64,000 nt of DNA from Haliotis rufescens. Taxonomy: Eukaryota. Shown here one piece after another: positions 36,720 through 49,964 of the stretch (position 1 is its first letter; every line of letters begins with the position of its first letter). Made by a program: the position numbers and the translations under genes. Location of the stretch: assembly GCF_023055435.1 (NCBI RefSeq), contig NW_025963813.1, positions 6,882,001 through 6,946,000 on the forward strand, written 5' to 3'. Under the pieces are notes generated by a model. It did not search any database, had not been told where the DNA came from, and saw only the letters and a list, made by a program, of their open reading frames with translations.

Positions 36720-37870
36720 TATAAAGAAATAAAGATAATGACAACCCGTATGACAAGAGCGATGATTTCGATTTCTGCATCGTAAATATCCGCTTCATGT
36801 CGGCCAATATACCATCCGCTCCAGGTTATAGCCTCAACGTTTCCCCGTCCCTTTGGGACATATTATTCAAATCTCATGGAAAGATTTTGCTAACAGCTTG
36901 GTTTTCAGTTGAGTTTTTTTTTTATCCAAAACCTGGTAAAGACTTTCAAATTTTTTATGGTAGACATTCAGAGTAGTTTACCAAATGTGATACGTTGCTT
37001 GTCAACGCGATGCGCGGCGCTGTCCCATACTGTGGCCGTCAATAGGAGTTCCACACCTTCTTATGCACCTACTTTAATGAGTTGACTGGTAAGACTTGGT
37101 AACTGGGTTGACACCGTGACGTCATACCCCGACGTCGTTGATCATTGCTCATGATGCTGAACACCAGATTGTCTGGTCCAGACTCGACTGCTGAAAACTG
37201 TTGGGACTGCACAAAATAAGAACCAGACTCTGTCTTAAAATCTCAACTTTAAAATCATTATGGATGCTGTCGAAGTATATGCTCAAAATGGGCCAAAAGG
37301 GGAACCTGTTAAATGTCATTCATAGTGGGCTAAGTCATTGCGTGATATCATTGGTAGAATGCAAAAACTGAAAAGACGAAACAGAATTGGAATACACCCA
37401 TTCTGTACCAGCCTGCTGACATCCAAAGTCTGGCTGCCCTACCCGAAAAGTGTGTAGTCCATCCCACTGACAGTGCCTCCAATAACATATTATTTGTTTG
37501 ATAAAACAAGCAACATGTCTAATAATGCGACAAAGCCAGTACGTTAACTGGGGAAGCAATATGTCAAAACCACGCATCAGTACTATCAACTCTAAACCCC
37601 GAACGTTTGCCCATTCTCTTTTGTACTGGATTGCAAAGCTCCATAAGAATCCGTACAAAGAGATCCAGCAAATGTATGACGAAATCCCTGTTTCAAAGAT
37701 ATAACATAGCCGTTAATACAATCAAGGAAGGACGCCCTTCATATTCACAGAAAGTATTTGAGACGTGTGGAATTAATGTCGTGTGGATTCTCAAAAGCTC
37801 AAAGGATTTGCTAGAATTTTTCCAATCTCTTCAACTTTGCACACCCCAATCCCACACGACAAACGTGAGG
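36720..37870 (+). mobile_element. Decayed Penelope-like RT fragments (two rearranged pieces)
   Basis: YDKSDDFDFCIVNIRFMSANIPSAPGY at 36748-36830; LYWIAKLHKNPYK and GINVVWILKSSKDLLE at 37620-37820. Related C-terminal pieces at 22700-22900 and 51400-51660 (-). Confidence 0.65.
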
Positions 37871-37958
37871 GAAAACCACAGATTGAGTAATATATCTGTC
37901 GTCAAGGGTTCGGGACAACTTGTCTCAAATGAAAGCGATTGTCATCTAATAAAGTTGA

Positions 37959-37965
37959 GTGTGTG

Positions 37966-38018
<53 letters not shown>

Positions 38019-38020
38019 GC
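37959..38020. repeat. (GT)n(GCGT)n compound microsatellite
   Basis: Direct reading; adjoins the tail of SINE D. Confidence 0.95.
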
Positions 38021-38034
38021 ACTTGTCCGGACTA

Positions 38035-38275
38035 ATGCCAACTTTATTGTGAAAGCTCACTGAAACACCATGCCGCCGTTTAACATGAATACCCGACTCA
38101 GACACAGCATACTGACTCCGAGACGACCAGTCCTTGTTTTAGCCCCTTAATGCTGAGTGCCAGACAGGGTAACAACAAGAACCATCTTTTAACGTCTTTT
38201 GGTACGACGCGGACGGGGATCGTACCCCGGACATTCCACTCTCCGAGCGGACGGTCTACCACTCGACCACGGAGG
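38035..38275 (-). mobile_element. SINE family D (tRNA head, Meta/MESC-like core)
   Basis: Reverse relative of 49288-49530; core GTCGTACCAAAAGACGTTAAAAGATGG...CTCAGCATTAAGGG. The core assignment is from memory. Confidence 0.65.
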
Positions 38276-38559
38276 CTATCGTTTTTAACAGAGATGTCTC
38301 ATTATTATGAAAATGGTTAAATGTCGCTTTTATTTATTAGAAACATATAAAAGCGCTTCATTCTCACATGATCTACTAACACATATGACATAAGAGTAAT
38401 CATTTTTAGAAAAGGACGTTTTCAAAAACTGTATTACATTGTTATTACAAAACAGTAAAATGGTCGAAATCAGTTGGATTGTTCAAACATACTTTCTGCG
38501 AGAGAGTTTATTCAGAAATTGGTAAGCCACAGGCCCAAGGACATACAAAGTCATTATAT

Positions 38560-39560
38560 TTTGCATAGCAATGAATATATAAATAAAACTTTATAAACAT
38601 TGCATGTGGGGCGACAATTAAATTCATAGCGTGATATATATGTTGACACTTTGGTTTATTGTACGTTAACGATTTGAAGATAAAAGATTTACAAACTTGC
38701 TTAAAGATGGATGAGTGAAATAATGCCCATCAAGATAGCGAGTTCGTAATCCAAATATTGTTGGCATACTAACAAGAAATGGTATTCATTTTCGACATAG
38801 TCCAATCCAAATTGTCTTCATTGTCTTCACCTTAATGTCTTCATATAAAGATATCCTGTAAGGTTTACAGTCAATGTACTTTAAGTAGAGTTCCGGTTCA
38901 ATAGTTGATTATAAGTTCTTGATTCTTGAAAGTCACATCCAGAACCCTTTGTTTAAGTTGAGATTCAACAATTGTTGAATTTCCAACATCATGTATTATC
39001 AATACATATCCAAAACCGTATTTGAAAACAATGTTCTTGACGTAAGTAGCCCAAGGTATATGATCAACTTCATCCAGTCCATACAGCATTAGATACGTTT
39101 GCTTAGGTAATCGATTTGTTTTCATAGCAAGTAGTTTAGTCAAGTATGTAATACACTTTGGTTTGGTTTTGATTTGGCTTGTTGTTTAACGCCGCACTCA
39201 GCAATATTCCAGCTATATGACGGCGGTCTGTAAATAATCGAGTCTGGACTAGACAATCTAGTGATTAATATCATGAGCATCGATCCACGCAATGGGGATC
39301 GATGATATGCATCAACCAAGTCAGCGAGCCTGACCACCCGATTCCGTTAGTCGCCGCTTACGACAAGCACAGTCGCCTTTTACAGCAAGCATGGGTTGCG
39401 GAAGACCTATTCTACCCCGGATCTCCACGGGTCTGGAATACACCTAATGATATAGTGTACATACAGTCTATGTCTTCCACATTCACCTAGAACTGCATCG
39501 TCATTGTTTGGCAACTGAAGTATAAGTTTGAAGTATTTAGTCTGTATCCTTTCTACGTGT
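38560..39560 (-). mobile_element. Decayed 3' end of an APE-type LINE (RTEX/Proto2-like), split by a SINE B insertion
   Basis: - strand pieces IRCI..TKLLAMKTNRLPKQTYLML..WATYVKNIVFKYGFGYV and VENEYHFLLVC; clade call tentative. Confidence 0.6.
39157..39435 (-). mobile_element. SINE family B, full length, nested in a LINE fragment
   Basis: Reverse copy flanked by AATACAC (39150-39156 and 39436-39442). Confidence 0.88.
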
Positions 39561-40574
39561 TCACAGTACTGTAGTTCCTATAATTCTGAACCGTGGGTTA
39601 AAGTTGGTAGAATCATTGTATCAAACATGTTCGTTGCTGAAGGTGCAGGTAAACCTCCAGAAATCACTGATACAATTAATCTGCACCTGTAATCTTCGCA
39701 CTGTCAGCTGAATTTGTGGAAAAAAAACATCTTTGGTACAAGTATTTGCTTCAAGAATGTGACAGGCAGTTCGACTGAAACACAAAATGTATTACTGTTG
39801 CGCCAGAATACAGAAGTTAAATCCATTGTCTGATGACGCCTTCCGTTATTTATTTTTGTTCATGAGTTACTTATTGATGCTTTTTCTACGCGATTTGCAC
39901 ATTTTCTTTGCTGTAATACTATTTTTACTGTCGGGGATTCATAACACACTATTTTTTATATTTGTGTTTATTGTATCTACAGTTTGTCATTAATTAATGA
40001 AACAGTCATAAGAAAAACAATTATATAGGTAGAGCAACCCGAAAAATAAGCCTTCCAAGGTCAGGTAAAATCCGGAAGTAATACGAACATAACTGATATG
40101 ATATCACTTACAAACATGCATTAGATTGACGGGAACCAACCTAAAGATGCTTCCATCAATGATGCCCCGCCCCGCCGTCCTAAATAAGGAAGCAATTAAA
40201 CACTTTATCTTTTACATCAAAGGGTGGTCAGTGAGACTAAACAACTAATTACGCAAAACTACATTGATTAACCCCTTTGCAGGACACACCTTCAAGCTGA
40301 TAAAGAAAGTTTAAGGCATTACCGAAACAAATCAAGTACACCCTGGGGAAAATTTCCTTGTTTTGGGACTGACCGTACAAGCCTAACTCCCTCCGGGACG
40401 ATCGGTTTTCAATTCATATAGATCGGAGCTTCTCTGTTTGACAACTCGTCAATCAATCATTTACCCAGCGGCCATCTTGTATTCTTCCGCTGACATCACG
40501 TGACTGCACCCATCAGCACACCGTCACAGACATGAGTAATAACGTCAGCGCTTTAAGTCAAAATGGTCCCGGAC

Positions 40575-40581
40575 TATATAT
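40575..40581 (+). promoter_or_regulatory. Candidate TATA box of paralogue 4
   Basis: TATATAT 80 nt upstream of the ATG at 40655. Confidence 0.4.
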
Positions 40582-40654
40582 GCCGAGTCATTTAGTCGGT
40601 GTAACAGTAGAATACGGTTTAGTTGTATCACAACGGTAACAAACATACATCATC

Positions 40655-43600
40655 ATGAAGACCACGATAGGATTTCTTGGATTTGCACTTGGTAAGTACA
40701 GCGAGTTGATATTGCTTTTGTACCCAATGTATTCATACTGGATTTTTGTTGTTGTTAAAGTCCTATACTGGGATTTGGAATGTGAAAATATGTTCACTTT
40801 TAAGAGTGTGATATCGTTTGACTGACCTGTCAACACAAAATCTGTCCTTGTAGGTTTCTCAAATGTCGTTAACATCAACAACCTGCTTTAGTTTTGAATT
40901 TCCTTCTGTATAACAAAGATGTAATGTCTGCTACAAGAAGCGGAATTGCCTGATCTACTCACTTGTCATGAGTGAAAAATATCAGCGTTTGAAAGTTTAA
41001 TCAAGTTTTCCCGTCATGCCGTCGTAATTTCTTACCGACAGCTTTACGTTTGAAAAGTATTTTTGGTTAAACAATGTAATGGAAATTGGCATTAAGAACA
41101 CTGTGCACTAAAAATCCACTTCCAGACGTAATTAAAGGTCTTGCTTCAGCGATTACGATCTCCAAATGTTCGTGTTGTACATCTTTGAAGAAATACGTTT
41201 CAAATAGGTTCAGAATGTTAATTACGACGTAATTACATTAAAAATAGGAATCTTTCCCCCGAGTTTTTTCACTAGCTCGGGTATGAGAACCTGTTTATCA
41301 TGTAAGTGATTTTATAAGTCTTAGTTATATTTGTTTTCGAATTAAAATGTTTGAAATTCTTTATCATAATATAATAAATTGAAAAATTATTGTAAATTGC
41401 CTTAGTGGAAATATTTTACCAATTTTACACATTGACTTTGACATATACATATTTTATGCCCGGATGCTTCTATATTATAGGCAAAGTTCATACACAAGTT
41501 TATGCCAGGCGGATGAAATACATTGATATATAAAATCACGGGCTACCATAATTCTTTTAATATCCCCGGCCCTTGGGGTAGCCTAGTGGTTAAAGCGTTC
41601 GCTCGTCACCCCGAAGGCTGTGTTCGATTCCCCACATTGGTACAATGTGTGAAGCCCATTTCCGGTGTCTCCCGCCGTGATATTCTGGAATATTGCTAAA
41701 AGCAGCGTAAGACAATTCTCACTCACTTTAATATGTCTCCTAGAATTATACTTGTTGTCTACATGTATTTCTGAGTCGTATACCTCGCATTTACTTATAA
41801 ACAGTGACTAGTAGGGTTTGCTTAGCTGTGTGGGATTGATTACCGAGAATCTGAGATTGTGTCTGGTATCTGAATGGTGAGATCAAAAGTATGCTAAACG
41901 CCTACTGGAATATAGAGAATATATATGGAATACAACAGAAAATGTTATCATTACGTACAATCAAGATGAAAATAGTATCGGACATGGGGGTACATGTGAG
42001 CTTAACTGAATTTTCAGGGACATGCAAAGAATATAAAATGAAAAATATCTTGACAAAAGACAATCTTGGTTGTCATGTTTTCTGGCGAACATATTTCAAT
42101 ATCCACGCTCATGTTCACGTGTTTGTTAATGTTCCCCTTCCTGTTTTTGATCTTGCCGTGGAATGGGTGGCCGCCATTCCCTGTGCGGAGTTGTGTCCCA
42201 TGGGCGAGCCAGGATCCAATGATCTTGGGTCTGGTTTGCCACATTCCTCCTGATTTTGCTTTCTGACATCACAAAGCTCTTGCTCGTGAAGTGAGTGAGT
42301 TTTACGCCGCTTTTGGCAACACTCAAGCAATAACACGGTGGGGGACACCAGAAATGGGCTTCACACATAAACATCACAGACCTGCATTACTTTGGGATTT
42401 CCCTTCACATTTAGCTGACACATCGTGTTTTAAGCGAAATATCGTTCAAAGCGGCGTTAAACACAATTTTATAAGTCACTCACCAACTCAATCGTGTTCA
42501 TGGTCTCCTTATCCAACAAACAACCACTGTGTCTCATTTTAAGACCTTTTTCACATTAAAAATATTTGAGTATGTTGAAAAAGAAACATTTAAAAATAAT
42601 CATAAGTAAAAAACATGCTTACTCATAGCTTATCCGATAATACCTACAACACGACACCCTTCCACCTTGAACGTACTACCGGGTTAAGTGGCCAGGGGCA
42701 ACATCGTTGATCATGTTGATATCCTGCCCATGGGCATAATTACACACGTAATTAACAGGGAGTGAACAAATTGATTCACGCGATAGAGATGCCCTTCCCG
42801 AGGGTCCGTCATCAACACCCATATTTTGTAACACATTTTTTTGATACTTGTAAAATGGTCAGATGTTGACATAAATATATTTTCCTGAAGACAACCTGGA
42901 ATAGATTGCACAAACAATACTTTATTTACTACTTAATGATTACAAGACATTCAAAATGAAAACACTTGACGATTTATAAGTAAAGTTATTTACTTTGGAA
43001 TTAGCTTCGCCGGACAATACGAAAACACAGGATTAAATAAGAGAAAGAAATTACTAATGTCATACTTTGCACAAACATACATATCTTCATATATATCCGC
43101 GAATTTGATGTCATTTCTTATTATTTGCTTCCAGAAGAATTTGTCCAAGGAATATTCTGTTGAATTCTGTCTCTTATTTGAGATATATTTTGCATCTGAA
43201 TACAGTCTACTCACATGTTACACTGTAAACTTAACGAAATGTGCGGATTGCTGTAAAATCGAACGACAAATGTTCCATATAGTTCAGTGAGATCGAACTT
43301 TCAATCTTCGTAGGTGCTGATAAACCACAATGCTTGAAAACAATAGACATTTTACGTCCGTTTGCATGAGGTTTTTCTTTCATTTTATAAGAGAAATAAA
43401 ACATTTTACCTCGGATTTGGTTAAAAACTCTCGGAGTCCTTCATGTTCACAGCTTCAACCAAACCCTCAAAGCGTGTTTTAAAGTATATGATGTATGTAT
43501 TTAGTACATCAGAACCAGGGACTCTGACTCAACAATGTATGTCTGGTGTCCTACCATTGACATTGGTTTAGTCAATCCTTAAACAATCTAAAAAGAAGGG

Positions 43601-46600
43601 ATGTGTGAAACGAAATCAAACATGGCGGATGGTGTTTGGTCACCTGACATCCAAGGTTTGAATGAATGACTGATGTTTGTTTTTTGCACAAGCTGATACA
43701 CTTTCAGGACAATATTTTCTCCAAGAAGAAAAGGAAAGCTCCATAGAAGGTGTTTACAATGATAAAATATCGAGTAATTTTTTAATTCAATTTCTTTTTA
43801 GTCGCCATCTCCCTGGTGTATGTCACACTCGCCCAGCAACAACCGCCCCAGGGCGGCCAGTGCATGCAGAGCTTTGACCAGCAACTCAGTCCACGGTGCT
43901 TTGACCCCAGGGGACTGGACTTCCAGGGAGTGTTGTTCCTCATCACCCAGAACGTGTCCGGGAGCCTACCCCCAGGGGAAACTGTCCCCTCCTATAGGCA
44001 GAGAGTGTGCAGGTATGTAACGACCCACGCTCTATAACAGATACATACCAATTAATGTAGTGCTCAGATTGAACAGGAATCGTAAGGATTGGATGCACGA
44101 ATTTTTGTGAACCAAACTTGAAAATTACTTTTCATATTTTCCCTGAATTACAACCCACGAGAAATGCAACTGTGAAGACACAAAACCATAATGTACCATT
44201 CCGTTAGGTTCCTGATTTTGTCTCCAGGAAGGGACAAAAGAAACGCATGTTTCAATATGGAGCAATTAGAACAGATCGTTTTCAGATTACAATTTAAACG
44301 GAGACCACCTCGGGTCAATTGACATCCCAAACACATAGTGTTAAAGCATCATCTATTTTTTTATTATTATGATGAATATCAAATTTAATGTTACTTGTAA
44401 CCATAATAGCACAAAGATTGTTTCTCAGTTTCACACATAGTACTAATAACATCGTTTAGAACTCGACAAGTGGGGCAGTACAGTTCCTAAGTAAAAATAC
44501 TGTGTAACGAATCGCATATAATTTTGTATCAATTAAACAAGCATTGTTTCGCAAACACCTATTGTCATCACTGCTTTTCAGTGATCCATTCATAAATTTT
44601 CACTGCTGTTTGCCCTTTTGCGCCCAAATCTATTTCGGCGGATAATCGAGACTGGTCATTTTCTGTCGTTTTTATAATTACCATTTGCGATGCTAGATTT
44701 TGACATTATGGTTATACTGAAGCGTTTCGTTTGCAGACCCGCCGAGTTGGATTTTATAATTCCCTGCGTATTGCAACTGAAGGCACAGTTCACGAATGCC
44801 ACATGTACAGCGGATGAGGTCACCATGATCGACACCAGCGGGAGATCACTCCTGATGATCCTGGAACAACTGTGCATGGAGCGTAAGTAACGGACTCTTA
44901 CGTGTTAATATTTCGGTCATAATTTGAATTTGATTGTCATCCTTGGTTTGAAACCTTTCAAATCAAAATTTGATAGTGATTCATAAACACATGCTCATGA
45001 TATAGTCGGAATGTTATAGTGATTGAAATATAATTTATGCAACATCAAATGTATTATAAATATGAACTTAGTATTTTCATATTTCAGTCAAACATTCAAC
45101 ACTAATATATAGTTTAATGTCCATGAAACGACATATTTGACTGCATGTGAAGATCTGGGTTAGAATAGATCTTCAGCAACCTATGTTTGTCGAAAGAGGC
45201 GACTAACGGGATCGGATGGGCAGGTTGCTGATTTGGTTGATGCATGTCATCGTATCCCAATTGCGTGGATCGATGCTCATGGTATCAATCACTGGATTAT
45301 CTGGTCCATACTCGATTATTTACAGACCGCCGTCATACAGCTGGAATATTGCGGAGTTCGGCGTTAAACAACAACAAACAAAACAAAGTATGTTCACAAG
45401 TACATTGTTGACTGGTGTTTGAACTAATGAGAAATTAATATGTCCTGCTTCAGCTTGTGAACGGAACGCCATGCAGAGTTTGTCCCAGTGTTTCGTGTCA
45501 GCGCAGATCAACCCCGACAGATCCTTGAACACGTCCATGACAGGAGACAAGTTCTCCTTCATTGGCAACACCAGCGCCGACACAGAGCGTTTTTGCAGGT
45601 ACGTATCTTTGACATCCTTCAAGACCCGGAAGATCCGGGGTAGAACAGGTTTTCAGCAACCCATGCTTGCCGTTAAAGACGACTATTACTGTCCTAAGAG
45701 GCGACCAACGGGATCGGGTTGTCAGGCTCGCTGACTTGGTTGATACATGTCATCGTATCCGATTTGCTTGGATCGATGCTCATGATGTCAATCACTGGAT
45801 TGTCTGGTCCTGACTCAATTATTTACAGACAGCCGTCATATAGCTGGAATATTGCTGAGAGCGGCTTTAAACAACAAACAAACAAACAATCACACATCCT
45901 TCAACATGATGATTTAATCTCTCATGCCGACTCGGGCAGTAGAATAACAAACACAGTTTTGGATTATGGAGGGTTGTGTTTAGCGTCGGATTACAGAGGG
46001 ACATCTCAATATATAGGGTTTGTTGAGATATTATTGACAGGTCTGTTTAGATATGGTTCGGATTATAGAGGGGCCGGTCCAGAGAGAATGTCAAATTATG
46101 CATATTTCTGATTAGAGAGAGTATATGAGTCAATGATCTAAATAATTTTTCACCGACTCTCACACGCTTCGATAAATATATCCATTGCACATAACAATCA
46201 AATGTACCAAAATGATAACATCTGGTTGCTTGCTCTTTAAAATTGCGATTTATTCGAGTAAAGACTATGTTCAATGAATTTGTATTTCTCAGTGTGCGCG
46301 AGCAGTTATTTACGTGTCTGAGGCAAGTGGGGCAGAGCTGCCCTACAACTCTACCCAGGCTGTATGAAATGGGGATTGACATCGTTGCCATGCAGAGGAC
46401 CGCCGATCTCCTGTGCCGAGAGAGAGAAAGTGAGTTGAATGTTTTATTATTAGCACAACGTCACCGGAACCGTGAAGATCCGGGGTAGAATAGGTCTTCA
46501 GCAACCCATGCTTGCCGTAAAAGGTGACTATACTTGTCGTAAAAGGCAACTATGCTTGCCGTAAAAGGTGACTATACTTGTCGTAAAAGGCAACTATGCT

Positions 46601-48696
46601 TGCCGTAAAAGGCGACTAACGGGATAGGGTGGTCAGGCTCGCTGACTTGGTTGATGCATGTCATCGATCCCAATTACGTGGATCGATGCTCATGATATTA
46701 ACCACTGGCCTGTCTGGTCCAGACTCGATTATTTAAGGACCGCCGTCATATCGCTGGGGTATTGCTGAGTGCGGCGTTAAACAACAAACAAACAAACAAA
46801 ACAACAACGTCACCGAATCAAACTCAAAACAAACATTCATTCACGAGGTACAATATCGATTATTGAGTAGGTTCTTCTAATTTTCACACATTGTCATTTA
46901 AGAAAAACAGCACAAAAACCGTATGAAAAACCATCAGAGAAAGGTATCAGAAGTCAAAATATTGTTCAAACGTCGTAAGTGACGTCATTAATTTGTGACG
47001 TCCTAAATAGTGGCAATGAAGCAATATGTGACGTCATTTAGCTTGACCTGGCTAATCCGCATTCGAAATGGCTGACATACACTTGAATACAATATCGGAA
47101 AATAATTACACTCGATCTTGGCCTTGTAATGTTTTAACTAACGTTGAAAGTGATGAGCCAATGTCACCGAGCAAGCCATTGAAATGATTTTAATGCCGCT
47201 TTGAACATTATTTCAAAATGCTGCATGGCATTTATTGTGATGGGAACCGTTTGAATCTCATGAATATCCGTGAAATAACACCGCGAAAAAATTTAATAAC
47301 GGTTCAGAGTATGAATCGAAGTGTATAGATTTACCGTTGCAAATAATTTTTTATCAATGTGCTGAAATGTTTGCATGTTTGAGTGTTAAAGTGAGTGTTG
47401 GAGTTTATTGAGCGAGTCTCAAGGTCTTACTCCGCTTAAAGCAGAAAGTTTACAGCGGGAGACATCACGAATGAATTTTGAGCACTCGACAGCATTTAAG
47501 TTACATTTGTATGAGTGGAAATATCATCGCATGTTTTGTGAAGCAAATACGATACATGTGTGACTTCATGTATAATGACTCTGAATGTCATCTGTGTTTC
47601 TCAGCCTATCTGGGGGCCTTCCAGTGTTTCTTCACCCGAAACCAAGGTATTGCGACATGCGCACAGCAGACCTTCACTCAGCTCAGAGAGGTTGTGATTG
47701 GTCGAATGGAAACAGGATCTGTGACTCCATCGCAATTTGTCGTCAGACTCTGCGGGTGAGTGTACATAGACATACATGACTAACAACTAACATACTCTCA
47801 ATCTGAGGCTGTAACCTGATAGCTAGCATGTTGAAATAGGCTGCAAATATATACGTTACCGTAATTTCCCTATAGCGTCCAAATTGCAATAAAATGACAA
47901 ACCATTTCGATAATCCGACTTTATCATAAGCATGTGTACATATCGAATAGTGATGATACAAGTGTTTACAAAAATGTGAGCCTCCTCACAAGACATGCAA
48001 ACCCAAATGCTTCTTACCCGTGCTCGTGGGTTTCACCGAAGTGGTAAACGTCTGAGAGCTGCATCACTTCGGGCTTTCCTCCCACATTAAGCTGACACTC
48101 CGCGATATAACTGGAACACTTGTTAAAAGCGGCGTTAAACCAAACTCACTCACTCAAACGGGTGGAGCGAGGGGATTAAAAATTCTGACCACACTTAAAA
48201 AATTGATTTGTGCGTGCCTAAAATAGACTGTCGGATATTTGTAAAAGAAATATTGTGTTCCTCGTGTTATATTTATACGTGTCTGGAAAGAATAATCTGA
48301 AGAAACAAAAACCGCTCTCTTTACATTTTCACTGCATTGAGACCTCCCTTTCACAGAGTGCGACTGAACCAGGTGAACTGTGAGCTCCAAGCCTTTAGAG
48401 GAACATGTGATGCTTCCCAGACACATCTGAGGAACCAGGCCGAGTGCACCATTCTCCCCCAGCCTTGCCTCCAGGAGCCATCATTCCAGGCAGGACTCCG
48501 ACAAATGTGCCAGGCTGCCACTACACCACCCACAATGCAGACCACGCCCAGACCAGCTGTCACTACCCCCGAGAAACCCCATATTGTCACTAAGGAAATT
48601 CCAGGCAGCAGTGAAAAAGGCGGAAGTGCCGCCATTACGGTCTCGGGCATTCTCGTTTTGGCAGCCATGTCGTTTTCTGCGAGTCTATTTCGTTGA
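40655..48696 (+). CDS. Paralogue 4 of the Cys-rich GPI-type family, with Thr/Pro-rich stalk (388 aa, 7 coding exons)
   Basis: join(40655..40691,43802..44012,44737..44882,45454..45598,46293..46429,47605..47755,48357..48696); GT-AG, same phases; 1167 nt open. MKTTIGFLGFALVAISLVYVTLA|QQ signal; ATTPPTMQTTPRPAVTTPEKP stalk; C-term ...KGGSAAITVSGILVLAAMSFSASLFR*. Confidence 0.9.
41575..41728 (+). mobile_element. SINE family A in intron 1 of paralogue 4
   Basis: A/B boxes, body and ACTC tail. Confidence 0.8.
45147..45385 (+). mobile_element. SINE family B in intron 3 of paralogue 4
   Basis: Head from GTGAAGATCT to AAACAACAAC tail. Confidence 0.85.
45623..45893 (+). mobile_element. SINE family B, full length with 11-bp TSD
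   Basis: TSD ACATCCTTCAA at 45612-45622 and 45894-45904. Confidence 0.9.
46467..46803 (+). mobile_element. SINE family B, full length with 12-bp TSD and five copies of an internal 22-bp hairpin
   Basis: TSD ACAACGTCACCG at 46455-46466 and 46804-46815. Confidence 0.9.
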
Positions 48697-49242
48697 ACAC
48701 ACGAATTTTCAAACAGGGTTTTAATTTATGCGTCTCAAAATGTATTACGTATCGAATAATACTGAAATGATAGTGAAGGAAAAAACCAACATCATGAAAA
48801 TATGCTACGGACAGTGAAAATGATGATTGTGTTTGTATATGGGGGTCGATTCAGTTTTCATTTAACTATGATGTGAATGTAAAGTTGTTTATGCAAAACG
48901 TTCATCTGTATTTGTCCTGTGCTATCGTTATATCAAAGAAATACATTATTTCCTAATTGAAATTATAACTATTAAGTAACGTTATCATCAGAAAAGTGTA
49001 TGAAGTTCCTTGCAGGCTGTGATCAGGGCAACGGCATGAAGACACCTGTCTGACTGATAGTCATGTTCATAGCTTTATCATTAAAAAAATATTAAAAAAC
49101 GACTCGAGTTTAATTTAATACTTTTTAATAAGAAAGCATTGATGGTTAATTATTTGAGTGTCTACAACCATTTTAGCTGAACTAGCTGAAAAATTAAAGT
49201 TAAATTAATTTGTTTGTGTATTGTATATAGTAAAGAAGTTTG

Positions 49243-49248
49243 AATAAA
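49243..49248 (+). terminator. Candidate polyadenylation signal, paralogue 4
   Basis: AATAAA about 550 nt after the stop, followed by T-rich sequence. Confidence 0.5.
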
Positions 49249-49287
49249 GTGTATATATTCTCTTAAATATGTTTTTCACTTAATTGT

Positions 49288-49530
49288 GTGGCGTGGTCTA
49301 GTGGTAGAGCGTCCGCCCGGAGAGCGGAAGGTCCGGGGTTTGATGCCAGGCCGCGTCATACCAAAAGACGTTAAAAGATTGTCCTTGTTGTTACCTTGTC
49401 TGGCCCTCGGCATTAAGGGGCAAAACCAAGGACTGTTCGGCTCGGAGTCAGTATACTGTGTCTGAGTGGGGTATTCATGTTAAACTACGGCATGGTATCT
49501 CAGTGAGCTAGCACTATAAATCGGCATCAG
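49288..49530 (+). mobile_element. SINE family D (tRNA head, Meta/MESC-like core)
   Basis: TGGTCTAGTGG A box, degenerate B box, core GTCATACCAAAAGACGTTAAAAG...CTCGGCATTAAGGG. Confidence 0.65.
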
Positions 49531-49964
49531 TCGCAGCTGAAGAAGTTGTTTATCTCAAACTGCGTTCGCTATTCACGTCGAAGGACCGGGTTTGTTCACC
49601 ACATGGGTACAATGTGTGTAGCCCTATTCTATGATTTTGCTGGAAAATTGCTAAAAGTGTCGTAAAACCAAACTCACTAACTCACTCAAGCTGAGGCGTC
49701 ACTGCACAACCGACCCATTGTTCATCGTAAAGTCTCACCCAACTAACTCACTTTCTAACGATGCATTGAGAGATCAACCACAGCCGTCCAGTATGACTGT
49801 ATAACAATAACAGTTGGGTGTGAGTGAGTGAGTTGATCTTAACGCCGCTTTGATCAGTGTTTCAGTTGTACGATCTTTGAGTAAAGCCCAAATTTATGCA
49901 GGTCCCCTGTGGGGACGCCAACGAGCATCATGGTATTGGCAGACGTAGAACCATGGTTAAATCG

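Noticed and set aside
1206-48696. Naming the family GFR-alpha/GAS1 or Ly6
   Set aside because: Modules have 6 (or 8) Cys with different spacing from the 10-Cys GFR-alpha and Ly6 patterns; no gene symbol can be justified.
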